Part shown: piece by piece, positions 19,898-28,905 of the stretch
Layout: the number at the start of each line of letters is the position of its first letter
Numbering within the stretch: the first letter of the stretch is position 1
NCBI GenBank assembly: GCA_965222375.1
Contig: CBDCTZ010000012.1
Span: 448,001 to 512,000 of the forward strand
Direction: 5' to 3'
DNA from: Polyangiaceae bacterium
GTDB lineage: Bacteria; Myxococcota_A; Polyangia; Polyangiales; Polyangiaceae
DNA: 64,000 nucleotides
Translations under genes and position numbers: made by a program
Notes under the pieces: generated by a model
Told to the model about the DNA's origin: nothing
Database searches by the model: none
The model's input: only the letters and a program-made list of their open reading frames with translations

Positions 19898-21319
19898 ATG
19901 AGTTTTCGCCTTCGAGCCGGGATCGCAGCCACGTTGCTCTGTCTGCATCTGCCCGCCGCCCCGGCGGGCGCCCAGTCCGCCGCGGACAAGGCCACCGCTC
20001 GCCAGCTGGCCATCGAGGGGGTCGAGGCGTTCCGCAAGAAGGACTACGCCGGAGCCCTTGGCAAGCTCAGTCGCGCCCAGAACCTCTACGATGCGCCCGT
20101 CCACCTGATCTACATCGCGCGGGCCAGCGCCAGGCTGGGCGAGCTGGTCGAGGCTGCCGAGGCGTACCGAAAGCTCGTGCGCACTCGACTCGGCGCGGAT
20201 GCCCCTGACGCCTTTCGCGAAGCGGTGGAGAACGGAAAAAAGGAGCTGCCGCAGCTCGAACCCCGGATCCCGAAGTTGCGTATCGATGTCGAACCCGCCG
20301 ACATCGAGGGCTTGGAGGTCAAAGTGGGTGAGAGCCAGGTACCCGTTGCCGCGCTGGGCGCGAACCGACCGACCAATCCCGGCGACCTGGTGATAACCGC
20401 TTCAGCGCCCGGGTACACGGAAGGCAAGCAGACCCTGAAGTTGGCGGAAGGGGAAACCAAAGCCGTCAAGCTCGTGCTGGAAGAAAGTGCTGAAGGTGGT
20501 GCCGGTGGCGCAGCCGCTGGCGCCGGGGGAGAGGGCGGTAGCGGAGGCGCCAAGGCTGCAGATCCCGAGGGTCTCGGGTTCGTCTTGAGCTTGCGACTCG
20601 CAGGTGTGACGCCGTCTGGGACGGCGTTTACGACCAACAGCGGCCCACTCGGCGAGACCGAAGTTGCCATGGCGGACCTCTACGGCCCCGGTGGCGGTGC
20701 CGAGATCCGTGGAGGCCTGCGCTTCTTGCGCTACTTCACAGGGCATTTGGTGGCTGGGATCTACCAGGTCAAAAGCGGCGAGGAATTCGACAAGGTCGCC
20801 ACGCCCCTCGACGGCATGGATGCGGAAAGCCAGGCGCGGCTCGCTCAATTTGGTATCGGCGTTGCTGCCGGCTCGGCTCCTGGCAAGTTGGGGGCGTTCG
20901 GCGAGCTGGATCTGATGCTGGTTCACAACTTCACGACCACGCGGAAGCTCGAGGGCTACGAAGGGGACGTGAACAACCCCACCAACCGAGTTAATTGCGA
21001 CGAAGACTGGCTCGCGACCGGCGCAGGCTTCCGAGTAGCCGGGGGCGTCAATATTCCCCTGAGCAGATCCTTCCAGCTGACGCCCATGTTGGGCGTGACG
21101 ATCGCTGGATTCTCGGACCTCACGGTTTCGGGTTGCGAAGACCAACGTACGCCGAAAGATCGCCCCACCTACATATCGGACGGTGGCAAAGCGACGGACT
21201 ACCCGCTCATCGACGGGCTGATCATCGACGGCCAGGAGCGCGAGGGCACGACCCACACCGTGGGCTTTTTGGGTATTGGGGTGGACTGGCTGTTCGGCGC
21301 TGATATCCCATCGAAATAA
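19898..21319 (+). CDS. Secreted TPR + PEGA-like protein with C-terminal outer-membrane beta-barrel-like domain
   Basis: Signal peptide ...APAGA-Q; TPR-like helices (AFRKKDYAGAL, YIARASARLGELVEAAEAY); PEGA-like NPGDLVITASAPGY; alternating hydrophobic strands ending GFLGIGVDWLF. Confidence 0.75.
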   Translation: MSFRLRAGIAATLLCLHLPAAPAGAQSAADKATARQLAIEGVEAFRKKDYAGALGKLSRAQNLYDAPVHLIYIARASARLGELVEAAEAYRKLVRTRLGADAPDAFREAVENGKKELPQLEPRIPKLRIDVEPADIEGLEVKVGESQVPVAALGANRPTNPGDLVITASAPGYTEGKQTLKLAEGETKAVKLVLEESAEGGAGGAAAGAGGEGGSGGAKAADPEGLGFVLSLRLAGVTPSGTAFTTNSGPLGETEVAMADLYGPGGGAEIRGGLRFLRYFTGHLVAGIYQVKSGEEFDKVATPLDGMDAESQARLAQFGIGVAAGSAPGKLGAFGELDLMLVHNFTTTRKLEGYEGDVNNPTNRVNCDEDWLATGAGFRVAGGVNIPLSRSFQLTPMLGVTIAGFSDLTVSGCEDQRTPKDRPTYISDGGKATDYPLIDGLIIDGQEREGTTHTVGFLGIGVDWLFGADIPSK

Positions 21320-21408
21320 TTGAATATTTGGCGGATACAACACGCTGCAACATTTTACAGTTCGGTGACATTCGGCCCTTTTTCGGGTGTTACCCATAAC
21401 CGCAGCGC

Positions 21409-22923
21409 ATGTTGACTCCTCTAGTTGTTCTCTATTTCCTCGTTCTTCTCCTGCTCTGTTGTTACGGCGTGCACCGGGCGCACCTGGTCATCTTGTGCAC
21501 CAAGTACCGCAAGGCTCTCGCAGCTGCAGCCAGGACCATCGCTGTTTCGGATGCAGACTTGCCGAAGGTGACTGTGCAGTTGCCGCTGTACAACGAAGCC
21601 ACCGTGGTGGCTCGGCTGCTCGAAGCCGCCGGCGGAATCGACTATCCGCGGGATCGGCTGGAAGTCCAGGTATTGGATGATTCGAGTGATGAAACCCGCA
21701 GCATTGCCGAAGCTAAAGTGCGTGAGCTTCGCGCGAAGGGCCTGGACATTCACTACGTGCGCCGACCCAATCGTGTGGGCTACAAGGCCGGCGCGTTGGA
21801 GTACGGACTCGCGCGTGCCAAGGGAGAGTTGATCGCGATCTTCGACGCGGACTTCGTACCGCAGCCCGAGTTCCTACGCCAAGTCGTCGGACACTTCAGA
21901 GATCCGAAGGTGGGCATGGTGCAGACCCGTTGGGGCCACATGAATCGGGAGCACAGTTTGCTCACGCGCATCGAGTCCCTGATGTTGGATGGGCACCACC
22001 TCGTGGAGAACCGCGCGCGATTCGGCGCTGGCTTCATGTTCAACTTTTCCGGCACCGGCGGGATTTGGCGGCGGCAGGCTATCGACGACGCTGGCGGCTG
22101 GGAGCACGACACGCTGACGGAGGATCTGGATCTCTCCTACCGCGCCCAGCTCAAAGGCTGGCGCTTCATCTACCGTCCCGACGTGGTCACGCCCGCGGAG
22201 CTGCCTGAAGACATGAGTGCGTTTCGCGCCCAGCAGTATCGTTGGGCCAAGGGAACGGTGCAGACCGCGCGCAAGCTCATGCGCCGGCTCCGCCGTGCAC
22301 CGCTCACTCGCGGTCAGCGTATCGAGGCAGCGTTCCATTTGACGCCCCACTTCGCCTACCCGCTGATGATGATGCTTAGCGTTTTGCTCCTGCCAGCGCT
22401 GATCTTGATGCCTGCTACAGACGTCAAGACCATGCTGATCATCGACTTGCCGCTGTGTATTGGAGCAACAGGATCAATCGTCACCTTCTACATGATGGCG
22501 GACCATGCCCAGGGGCGCTCCGCTCTGGGTGCACTCAAGCGCATCCCTGGGCTGATCGCGCTGGGTGCTGGCCTCTCCCCCCATCTGACCAAGGCAGTGG
22601 TGGAAGGTATGCGCAGCATGTCTGGCGAGTTCGTCCGCACACCCAAGAAAGGCGTGGTTGCCGGCCGGTACCGTCAGTCCGCGCAGCTGCCGTGGATTGA
22701 GATCGGGCTGACGATGCTGTCGTTGGCGAGCGTGGTTGCATCGATTCAGACCAACCATTGGTTCGCCACGCCCTTTGCCGGCCTGTTCATGTTTGGCTAC
22801 GGATACGTCGCATCTTCCGTCACGCGAGAGCAGTTGGCGCAGCGCCGGGCCGAGCGCATCAGCGGGGTGCCCGCGGAAGTCAGCAAGATCGAGCAGCCCG
22901 CCCCAGTGGCCCGGGCGGCCTGA
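21409..22923 (+). CDS. Cellulose synthase-like (CslA-type) processive GT2 glycosyltransferase
   Basis: QLPLYNE, QVLDDSSD, GYKAGAL, FDADF, TLTEDLDLSYRA, QQYRWAKG (D,D,D,QxxRW); multiple TMs. Confidence 0.9.
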   Translation: MLTPLVVLYFLVLLLLCCYGVHRAHLVILCTKYRKALAAAARTIAVSDADLPKVTVQLPLYNEATVVARLLEAAGGIDYPRDRLEVQVLDDSSDETRSIAEAKVRELRAKGLDIHYVRRPNRVGYKAGALEYGLARAKGELIAIFDADFVPQPEFLRQVVGHFRDPKVGMVQTRWGHMNREHSLLTRIESLMLDGHHLVENRARFGAGFMFNFSGTGGIWRRQAIDDAGGWEHDTLTEDLDLSYRAQLKGWRFIYRPDVVTPAELPEDMSAFRAQQYRWAKGTVQTARKLMRRLRRAPLTRGQRIEAAFHLTPHFAYPLMMMLSVLLLPALILMPATDVKTMLIIDLPLCIGATGSIVTFYMMADHAQGRSALGALKRIPGLIALGAGLSPHLTKAVVEGMRSMSGEFVRTPKKGVVAGRYRQSAQLPWIEIGLTMLSLASVVASIQTNHWFATPFAGLFMFGYGYVASSVTREQLAQRRAERISGVPAEVSKIEQPAPVARAA

Positions 22924-23009
22924 GGCCCCCTCGGGAGGCCCCGAAAACCCGGCCTCCCCGGCGCCTGTGCGAGCCTGCTCAGGTGTTCCCCGCCAGCTGG
23001 GAATTCCGG

Positions 23010-23037
23010 TGGACTTTTCGGGGCTTGGCTGTACCAT
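23010..23037 (+). promoter_or_regulatory. Putative sigma70 promoter for ihfA-merR
   Basis: TGGACT-N16-TACCAT upstream of ihfA. Confidence 0.3.
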
Positions 23038-23103
23038 GGCGGTAGCTTGAGGCTGCTCCTGAGGTGGCCTGGGCCCAACCCGTAGCGCAGTGAAGGGGGC
23101 CTG

Positions 23104-23412
23104 ATGACCAAGGCCGATATCGTCAACGCGGTCTACACCCGCCTCGGTGGTTTTTCGAAGAAAGAGTCGGCAGATCTGGTGGATCTGGTTTTCGAGACCA
23201 TGAAAGAGACCTTGGGCCGGGGGGAAAAGATCAAGATATCAGGCTTCGGCAATTTCGTGCTGCGGGACAAGCGCCAGCGCCAGGGGCGCAATCCCCAGAC
23301 GGGTCAGCCCATCAGTATCTCCGCCCGCCGCGTATTGAACTTCAAGGCCAGCCAGCTCCTGAAGCAGGCGCTGAACGACACGCCTGCCACTCCAGGGAAC
23401 TCGGGGGAGTAA
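23104..23412 (+). CDS. ihfA: Integration host factor alpha subunit
   Basis: MTKADIV, KIKISGFGNF, RQGRNPQTG, ARRVLNFKASQLLK; followed by merR as in the conserved ihfA-merR pair. Confidence 0.9.
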   Translation: MTKADIVNAVYTRLGGFSKKESADLVDLVFETMKETLGRGEKIKISGFGNFVLRDKRQRQGRNPQTGQPISISARRVLNFKASQLLKQALNDTPATPGNSGE

Positions 23413-23415
23413 CCC

Positions 23416-23778
23416 TTGGCGGGTCCGCGCAAGCTCCCAGTCAAGCTCTATTACCGCATCGGCGAGGTTGCGGAGATCGTAGGCGTGGAGCCGCACGTGC
23501 TTCGCTACTGGGAGACGGAGTTCCGGACCATTCGGCCCCAGAAGTCTCGCAAGGGGCAGCGCATCTACTCGCGCCGAGATGTCGAGAAGCTCTTGAACGT
23601 CAAGGACTTGCTCTACACCCACGGTTTCACGATTGCCGGGGCTCGAAAGCAGCTCCGGGTGGGCGCTGTCGGCGCCTCCCCCGCCTCGTCTTCAGACCCC
23701 AAAACCCGCACGGGTTTGCTGGAGCTGAAAAAAGAGGTGGAGGCCATGTTGGCGGAACTTGCCGCGTCCAATAGCTGA
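23416..23778 (+). CDS. MerR-family transcriptional regulator
   Basis: [27 protein letters not shown]...QRIYSRRD...GFTIAGAR. Confidence 0.9.
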   Translation: MAGPRKLPVKLYYRIGEVAEIVGVEPHVLRYWETEFRTIRPQKSRKGQRIYSRRDVEKLLNVKDLLYTHGFTIAGARKQLRVGAVGASPASSSDPKTRTGLLELKKEVEAMLAELAASNS

Positions 23779-23794
23779 GCTAGGAGGACAGGCA

Positions 23795-23860
23795 ATGTCA
23801 GTGGAGCGCTTGACGCGCTGCGTGGGGTCGTTCATGTCACCCCTCAGCCCCACCCTTTGA
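23795..23860 (+). CDS. Possible 21-aa uORF before ssb
   Basis: AGGAGG RBS at 23782-23787, 7 nt before ATG; MSVERLTRCVGSFMSPLSPTL*; its TGA overlaps the ssb RBS. Confidence 0.3.
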   Translation: MSVERLTRCVGSFMSPLSPTL

Positions 23861-23869
23861 GGAGAGCAA

Positions 23870-24346
23870 ATGGCAGAAGGTCTCAATCGCGTGATGTTGC
23901 TCGGCAACCTCGGTGCCGATCCCGAATTGCGCATGACGAGCGGCGGTCAGTCCGTGCTGAAAATGCGCCTGGCCACGTCGGAAACATATTTCGATCGCAA
24001 CCGTGTCAAGCAGGAGCGCACTGAGTGGCACAACGTTGTCGTTTGGGGCAAGCGCGCGGAGGCACTCGGCAAGTTCCTGACCAAGGGTTCACGGTTGTTC
24101 GTCGAAGGCGGGCTGCGTACTTCCAACTACGAAGACCGAGACGGCAACAAACGATACCGGACGGAAATCGTCGCCAACAACATTATCCTCTCCGGCGGTG
24201 GCCGCGGTGGTGGTGGCGGCGGCGGCGGTGGCGGTGGCTCCCGAGGAGACGACTACGGCGCCCCAGACAGCAGCGGCGGCCACAGCGGTGGCGGCGGATT
24301 TGACGACGCGGACTACGGCGGCGGTGACGACGACATCCCGTTCTGA
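23870..24346 (+). CDS. ssb: Single-stranded DNA-binding protein
   Basis: LNRVMLLGNLGADPE, ERTEWHNVV, Gly-rich linker, C-terminal DDDIPF. Confidence 0.98.
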   Translation: MAEGLNRVMLLGNLGADPELRMTSGGQSVLKMRLATSETYFDRNRVKQERTEWHNVVVWGKRAEALGKFLTKGSRLFVEGGLRTSNYEDRDGNKRYRTEIVANNIILSGGGRGGGGGGGGGGGSRGDDYGAPDSSGGHSGGGGFDDADYGGGDDDIPF

Positions 24347-26099
24347 GCGAGGCCGCCAGCGTCGCCAGCGCACGGTCGGGTTGTTGCTCGCTGCCGCGGT
24401 TGCGACGGGGTGCTCCAGCTGCAGCGACTCGGCGTCGGGTCCCGCGGCATCTGCGTCCGCAGTCGCCGTGGATATGGCACCGGTGCCCGAGCCCAAGGGC
24501 CTGGTTGCGGAGTTCTACGTTTCGACTCCTGCCGCGACGTGGAAGCAGGCCCGGGATGCAGCCGGGATCGCGCTCTTGCCCCGAAACTACGGCGTCCTGC
24601 TCACGACGGTCCTCGGACTGCCCCCCATTGTCGCGGACGCCTTCGATGAATCCGCGACCACGACCGGGGCGGCCGTCCTGGACGACAAGTCGGAATGGCA
24701 AGCCGTGGTGGGAGCGAAACTCAGCAGCGGTCGCGAGCTCATCGCGCGGCTGACCACCGGTGGCAAAGCCGCCTACGATGAGCGCAAAGATCCCTCGGGC
24801 ATCGTTTACCTCCAGCCCAAACCCGGCAAGGCGTCGACGGAGATTGCCCTCGCAGTCTTGGGTAACAGACTTCTCGTGGCTCGAGACGCGGCCGCGATTG
24901 GCCTGGTGGGGCCCTACGTTGCCAAGACGCTGCCGACCAAGAAGCCGCCCGGACCCGGCGTGGTCATGCATGTGCCCAAGAAGGCGTTGAGTGGCCCACT
25001 AGCCGCGGAGCTCAAGAAGCGGTGGAAGACCCTCAAAACGGATCTGACCAAGCGTGACCAGGCCAATCGCAAGAAGCACGGTGGCCGCGCTCCGGACTTC
25101 GGCGACCCCCAGGCGGCCATGAGTGTGATGGCTTCCAATGTCGCGGGCTGGGTCGAGATGCTGGAGCATGCGGAACGCGCTCAGCTGAGGCTGCTCAGCG
25201 AGAAGGATGCGTTGCGCCTACGGCTGGAGGTGGACCCCGGCAAGAAGTCTGAACTCAAGGACTGGGTTCGAGGGCTGGCCGTAGGTGACGCGTCACCCTT
25301 GCTTCACCTACCTCAGGGCGCCGCGGTAGGGGTCATCGCGCGGTCGTCACCCGAACAGCGGCGCGCCAGTGCCAAGTCCACGGCCGCGTCTTTGGCCAAG
25401 ATGTTTGGGGACCGACTCAAGCCAGCGCAGCAAGAGCGTGTCGAGAAGGCGCTGGCAGAGCTGGCCGAGTCGCGGGGAGACGAAGCGTTGTTCGGCTTCG
25501 TTCGGGCGCCCACGGCCGGCCTCGTGTATCGAGGTACGAGCGCCGATCAGAAGCGGTTCGACGCTGCCACGAAGAACCTGGTCGGCCTGCTCCGGCTCAA
25601 CGCCTTCAAAGAACCGATCAACCAATTCGTGGGCGCATTCACCGTCAAGCACAGCACGACCAAAATCGTCGGACTGGAAAACAAGGCCCACCGTGTTCTG
25701 TTCACAATCAAGCCGAGCGGAATGCGCATGGCCAAGGACCCAAAGGGGCAGGTCTCGGCAGCGCCGCAGCCCATCGAGTTGCTGTGGACCGAATCTGGCG
25801 GAATCACTTACGGCGCTATGACCCAAGACGCGCCGCCGCTCTTGATCGCGATGGTTGCGACGGAGCCCGCCAAAAGCTGGGCGGGATTGCCACAGGTGGG
25901 CACCCGATTGAAGAAGATCGGCAAAGGAGCGAGCTTCGTGGTGGCCGCGCGACCTCAAATCCTGCTGGGTAACGCGCCCGCCAATTCGGCCGGGCTGGCC
26001 ACTGTTGCAGTGGGGCGCGAGAGCGGACTCGGCGTCATGAATCTCACGGTGGATCGTGCGGCCCTGGGCTTCTTCGTGCAGCGCGCCATGACTCAGTAG
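24324..26099 (+). CDS. Hypothetical lipoprotein
   Basis: GTG 24324 gives MTTTSRSERGRQRRQRTVGLLLAAAVATG-C (basic N-region, lipobox); long ORF; alternative TTG start at 24381. Confidence 0.7.
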   Translation: MTTTSRSERGRQRRQRTVGLLLAAAVATGCSSCSDSASGPAASASAVAVDMAPVPEPKGLVAEFYVSTPAATWKQARDAAGIALLPRNYGVLLTTVLGLPPIVADAFDESATTTGAAVLDDKSEWQAVVGAKLSSGRELIARLTTGGKAAYDERKDPSGIVYLQPKPGKASTEIALAVLGNRLLVARDAAAIGLVGPYVAKTLPTKKPPGPGVVMHVPKKALSGPLAAELKKRWKTLKTDLTKRDQANRKKHGGRAPDFGDPQAAMSVMASNVAGWVEMLEHAERAQLRLLSEKDALRLRLEVDPGKKSELKDWVRGLAVGDASPLLHLPQGAAVGVIARSSPEQRRASAKSTAASLAKMFGDRLKPAQQERVEKALAELAESRGDEALFGFVRAPTAGLVYRGTSADQKRFDAATKNLVGLLRLNAFKEPINQFVGAFTVKHSTTKIVGLENKAHRVLFTIKPSGMRMAKDPKGQVSAAPQPIELLWTESGGITYGAMTQDAPPLLIAMVATEPAKSWAGLPQVGTRLKKIGKGASFVVAARPQILLGNAPANSAGLATVAVGRESGLGVMNLTVDRAALGFFVQRAMTQ

Positions 26100-26200
26100 C
26101 GGCGTCCGAGCATCTGCGCCAGGTGGTGGACTCCACAGGCTTTTTGCAAGCCCGGGGATGGCCGCCTACAGCGCAGCGGAAGTTCAAGTAAGATGGTGTT

Positions 26201-27766
26201 ATGAACCGTCACGGTCGAAGGACGCTTGCCCGATGGGTTTGTCTTCTAGTTGTTGTCGGGTTCGCAATCGTGGCGTGCGGCCGGACTCCCTTCGAGGACG
26301 AATTCGCTCAGCCCGGTGAGGATGGTGGCGCAGGTGTCAGCGGTACCGGCGCGGTCGGCGTGGGCGGCACGGGCGCGGCTGGCACCGGCGGGACGGCCGG
26401 CACGGGGGCTGTAGCGACCGGCGGCAGTGGAGGGACAGGAGCTGTCGGAACCGGGGGAAGCGGTACCGGAGGCAGTGGAGGCAATCCTGGATGCGGTCCG
26501 TGTCAGGGTTGCTGCGACTCGACCGGCGTGTGCCGCCCAGGGACCGATCTCAACGCTTGCGGACTCGGCGGCGTCGAGTGCTTCAACTGTGGAGCCCTCG
26601 GGTTCGCTTGCATCGGTGGTGCTTGCGAAGGCAAGCCGCCCCCCTGCGGTCCTGGCACCTGCAACGGTTGTTGTGACGCCAAGGGTCAGTGCCAGTTCGG
26701 TGACAAGGCGGATGCGTGTGGCTTGGGTGGGGTCAAGTGCGACAGTTGTGTGTCGAAGGGTCAGAGCTGCATCGGAGGCAAGTGTCAGGGGCCGCCTCCG
26801 ACTTGTGGGCCCAAGACCTGTGGCGGCTGCTGCAACGCCCAAGGCAAGTGCGTGCCCGGCACGTCCGCAGGGTCCTGCGGGGCGGGTGGAACCAAGTGTG
26901 AGAACTGCACCACCGGAGGAAAGATCTGCAATCAACCGGGCAGCTACTGCGCCTTCCTGCCGTCCTGCGGCTCCGTGACCTGCCCGACTGGCTGTTGTGA
27001 TGCCAGTGGCACCTGTCAGGACGGACGAAAGAACAACGCCTGCGGCTCGACGGGCGCCAAGTGCACCAACTGCACTGCTTCCGGCCAGAGCTGTGCACCG
27101 CAGGGGTTCTGCTACTCCGGCACCCACTGCGGGCCGGACAACTGTGCCGGATGCTGCACCGCGACCGGGCAGTGCATCAGCGGAGCCTCCAGCTTCCAAT
27201 GCGGCCAGTTCGGGCAGTTGTGTGACAACTGCCTGGCCAAGGGCCAGAGTTGCGTCGCCCAAACGTGCTCTAGTGGTTCGACCTGCCCGGCGGCCTATCC
27301 GGGCTGTTCGCCCACGGCGAACACAACGCCGCCGGTTGCAGCCAAGGCGTGCGCCTCCGCAGACATCTCCTTGCTTGCAACGGCTTGTTCCGGAAGCGCA
27401 AGCGGATGCAATTCGGCGTTTCAGCAGATCTTCCAAAAGAACCCGAGCTGTTATGACTGCATGCTGCAATTCGTTGGGGACGACGCCTACACGCGCTGCC
27501 TGGCGCCTTACCTAAGCCCGAACTGCAACCATGATCTGACGTGCGCTGTTCGCTGTGGTAACACGGCTTGTGGCGATTGCTCGCCGTCGGCGCAGGACTC
27601 TTGCCAAACCCAGGTGTTCGGCCAAGGAGGGGAGTGCCAGTCCTGGGTCAACGGATACTTCTGTGCAGAAGCGGCACTCTCAGGCCCGGCGGTGTTCTGC
27701 GACTTCAACGGCGATTCCGGTAGTTGGATCAAGTCGGTGGGTTCGCACTACTGCGGCAATTTCTGA
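26201..27766 (+). CDS. Cys-rich repeat lipoprotein with Gly/Thr linker
   Basis: Lipobox FAIVA-C; GTGG-rich linker; five Cys-rich repeats; Cys-rich C-terminal domain. Confidence 0.85.
   Translation: MNRHGRRTLARWVCLLVVVGFAIVACGRTPFEDEFAQPGEDGGAGVSGTGAVGVGGTGAAGTGGTAGTGAVATGGSGGTGAVGTGGSGTGGSGGNPGCGPCQGCCDSTGVCRPGTDLNACGLGGVECFNCGALGFACIGGACEGKPPPCGPGTCNGCCDAKGQCQFGDKADACGLGGVKCDSCVSKGQSCIGGKCQGPPPTCGPKTCGGCCNAQGKCVPGTSAGSCGAGGTKCENCTTGGKICNQPGSYCAFLPSCGSVTCPTGCCDASGTCQDGRKNNACGSTGAKCTNCTASGQSCAPQGFCYSGTHCGPDNCAGCCTATGQCISGASSFQCGQFGQLCDNCLAKGQSCVAQTCSSGSTCPAAYPGCSPTANTTPPVAAKACASADISLLATACSGSASGCNSAFQQIFQKNPSCYDCMLQFVGDDAYTRCLAPYLSPNCNHDLTCAVRCGNTACGDCSPSAQDSCQTQVFGQGGECQSWVNGYFCAEAALSGPAVFCDFNGDSGSWIKSVGSHYCGNF
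26492..27270 (+). repeat. Five coding Cys-rich repeats of about 53 aa
   Basis: Consensus Cx(1-2)GCCxxxGxCxxGxxxxxCGxxGxxCxxC seen five times (CQGCCDSTGVC, CNGCCDAKGQC, CGGCCNAQGKC, CPTGCCDASGTC, CAGCCTATGQC). Confidence 0.85.
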
Positions 27767-27769
27767 GTC

Positions 27770-28897
27770 ATGGCTCGCGCACCCCGGTCCAATCAAGTCC
27801 TGGTCACGGGGTTTCCGAGTTTTCGCGGTCGCAAGGTGGTGGAGCATATTCTTCAAACGGACGCGACGACGGAGGTAGTCGCGATCGTAAAGGACAAGTT
27901 CCGCCCGACGGCAGAAGCATTCCTGAAGGCGTTGCCGCCGGCGCAGCGCAAACGGCTCAGCCTACTGGCCGGGGACGCTGCGGCAATGGAGTTCGGGCTC
28001 AGCGGCGCGGAGTACAACGAACTGGCGGGCTCAGTTCGAAGTCTCTTCCATGTTGCTCAGGTCACCTACCCGGCTGCAGATCGCGATATGGCCGAGTCCG
28101 TCAACCTGGGCGGCGCTCGAGAGACCATCGAGTTTGCGAAGCACGCTCGTCGCCTCGATTCCGCGATGGTTTTCTCAAGCGCGAGCGTCAGCGGCACGCG
28201 CACAGGGTTGGTTCGAGAGACCGAGCTGAATCGCGGGCAGAGCTTCCGTACGCCGGTGGAAGCGTCCTTGGCCAGGGCCGAGAAGTTCTTATCTCGCTAC
28301 TCGGACCGGCTCCCCATTACTGTGGTGCGGCCCACACAGATCGTGGGGGACTCGCGGACCGGCGAGGTGGACCGCCTGGCAGGCCCGTACATGCTGATCC
28401 TGCTCATCGTGAGCTCCCCCCAAGAGCTTCCCGTGCCGCTGCCAACTCGCGGTGACGCGCCGATGAACCTCGTGCCCATCGACTACGTCGTGGAAGCCGC
28501 GTGGCGAATCATCCAGGACCCCCGCGCTCGTGGGCGGACGTTCCACTTGGCGGATCCTCGTCCCTTGTCCGTGCGCCGGGTCTTCGAACTGGTCGCCAAT
28601 GCCGGTGGCAAGCGTTTGCCGGGGGGGTTCATTCCAACGGGGGTCAGCCGAGCCGTGCTCAGCGCACCGGGAATGAGTTCCATTGGCAAGAGCCCCAAGG
28701 CCCTGGTGGACTTGCTCTCCACGCCCGTGCGTTACGATACTTCCGGGGCAGACGCGATCTTGGGCAAGGGCAAACTGACGTGTCCTCCCTTCGAGGAGTA
28801 CGTGGATGCGTTGGTGGCGTACGTTAAACGGCGAGTTCAGGACCGCCGCATCCGCGAGCAAACGCCCCAAGAAGATGTCGAAGACGCCTGGCTGTGA
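27770..28897 (+). CDS. Extended SDR / NAD_binding_4 (thioester reductase-like) protein
   Basis: VLVTGFPSFRG, VNLGGA, FSSASVSG, VVRPTQIVGDSRTGE, NLVPIDYV. Confidence 0.8.
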   Translation: MARAPRSNQVLVTGFPSFRGRKVVEHILQTDATTEVVAIVKDKFRPTAEAFLKALPPAQRKRLSLLAGDAAAMEFGLSGAEYNELAGSVRSLFHVAQVTYPAADRDMAESVNLGGARETIEFAKHARRLDSAMVFSSASVSGTRTGLVRETELNRGQSFRTPVEASLARAEKFLSRYSDRLPITVVRPTQIVGDSRTGEVDRLAGPYMLILLIVSSPQELPVPLPTRGDAPMNLVPIDYVVEAAWRIIQDPRARGRTFHLADPRPLSVRRVFELVANAGGKRLPGGFIPTGVSRAVLSAPGMSSIGKSPKALVDLLSTPVRYDTSGADAILGKGKLTCPPFEEYVDALVAYVKRRVQDRRIREQTPQEDVEDAWL

Positions 28898-28905
28898 TAG
28901 GCGGA

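Noticed and set aside
24193..24240. GGC/GGT trinucleotide run as a functional microsatellite
   Set aside because: Encodes the ordinary poly-Gly linker of SSB
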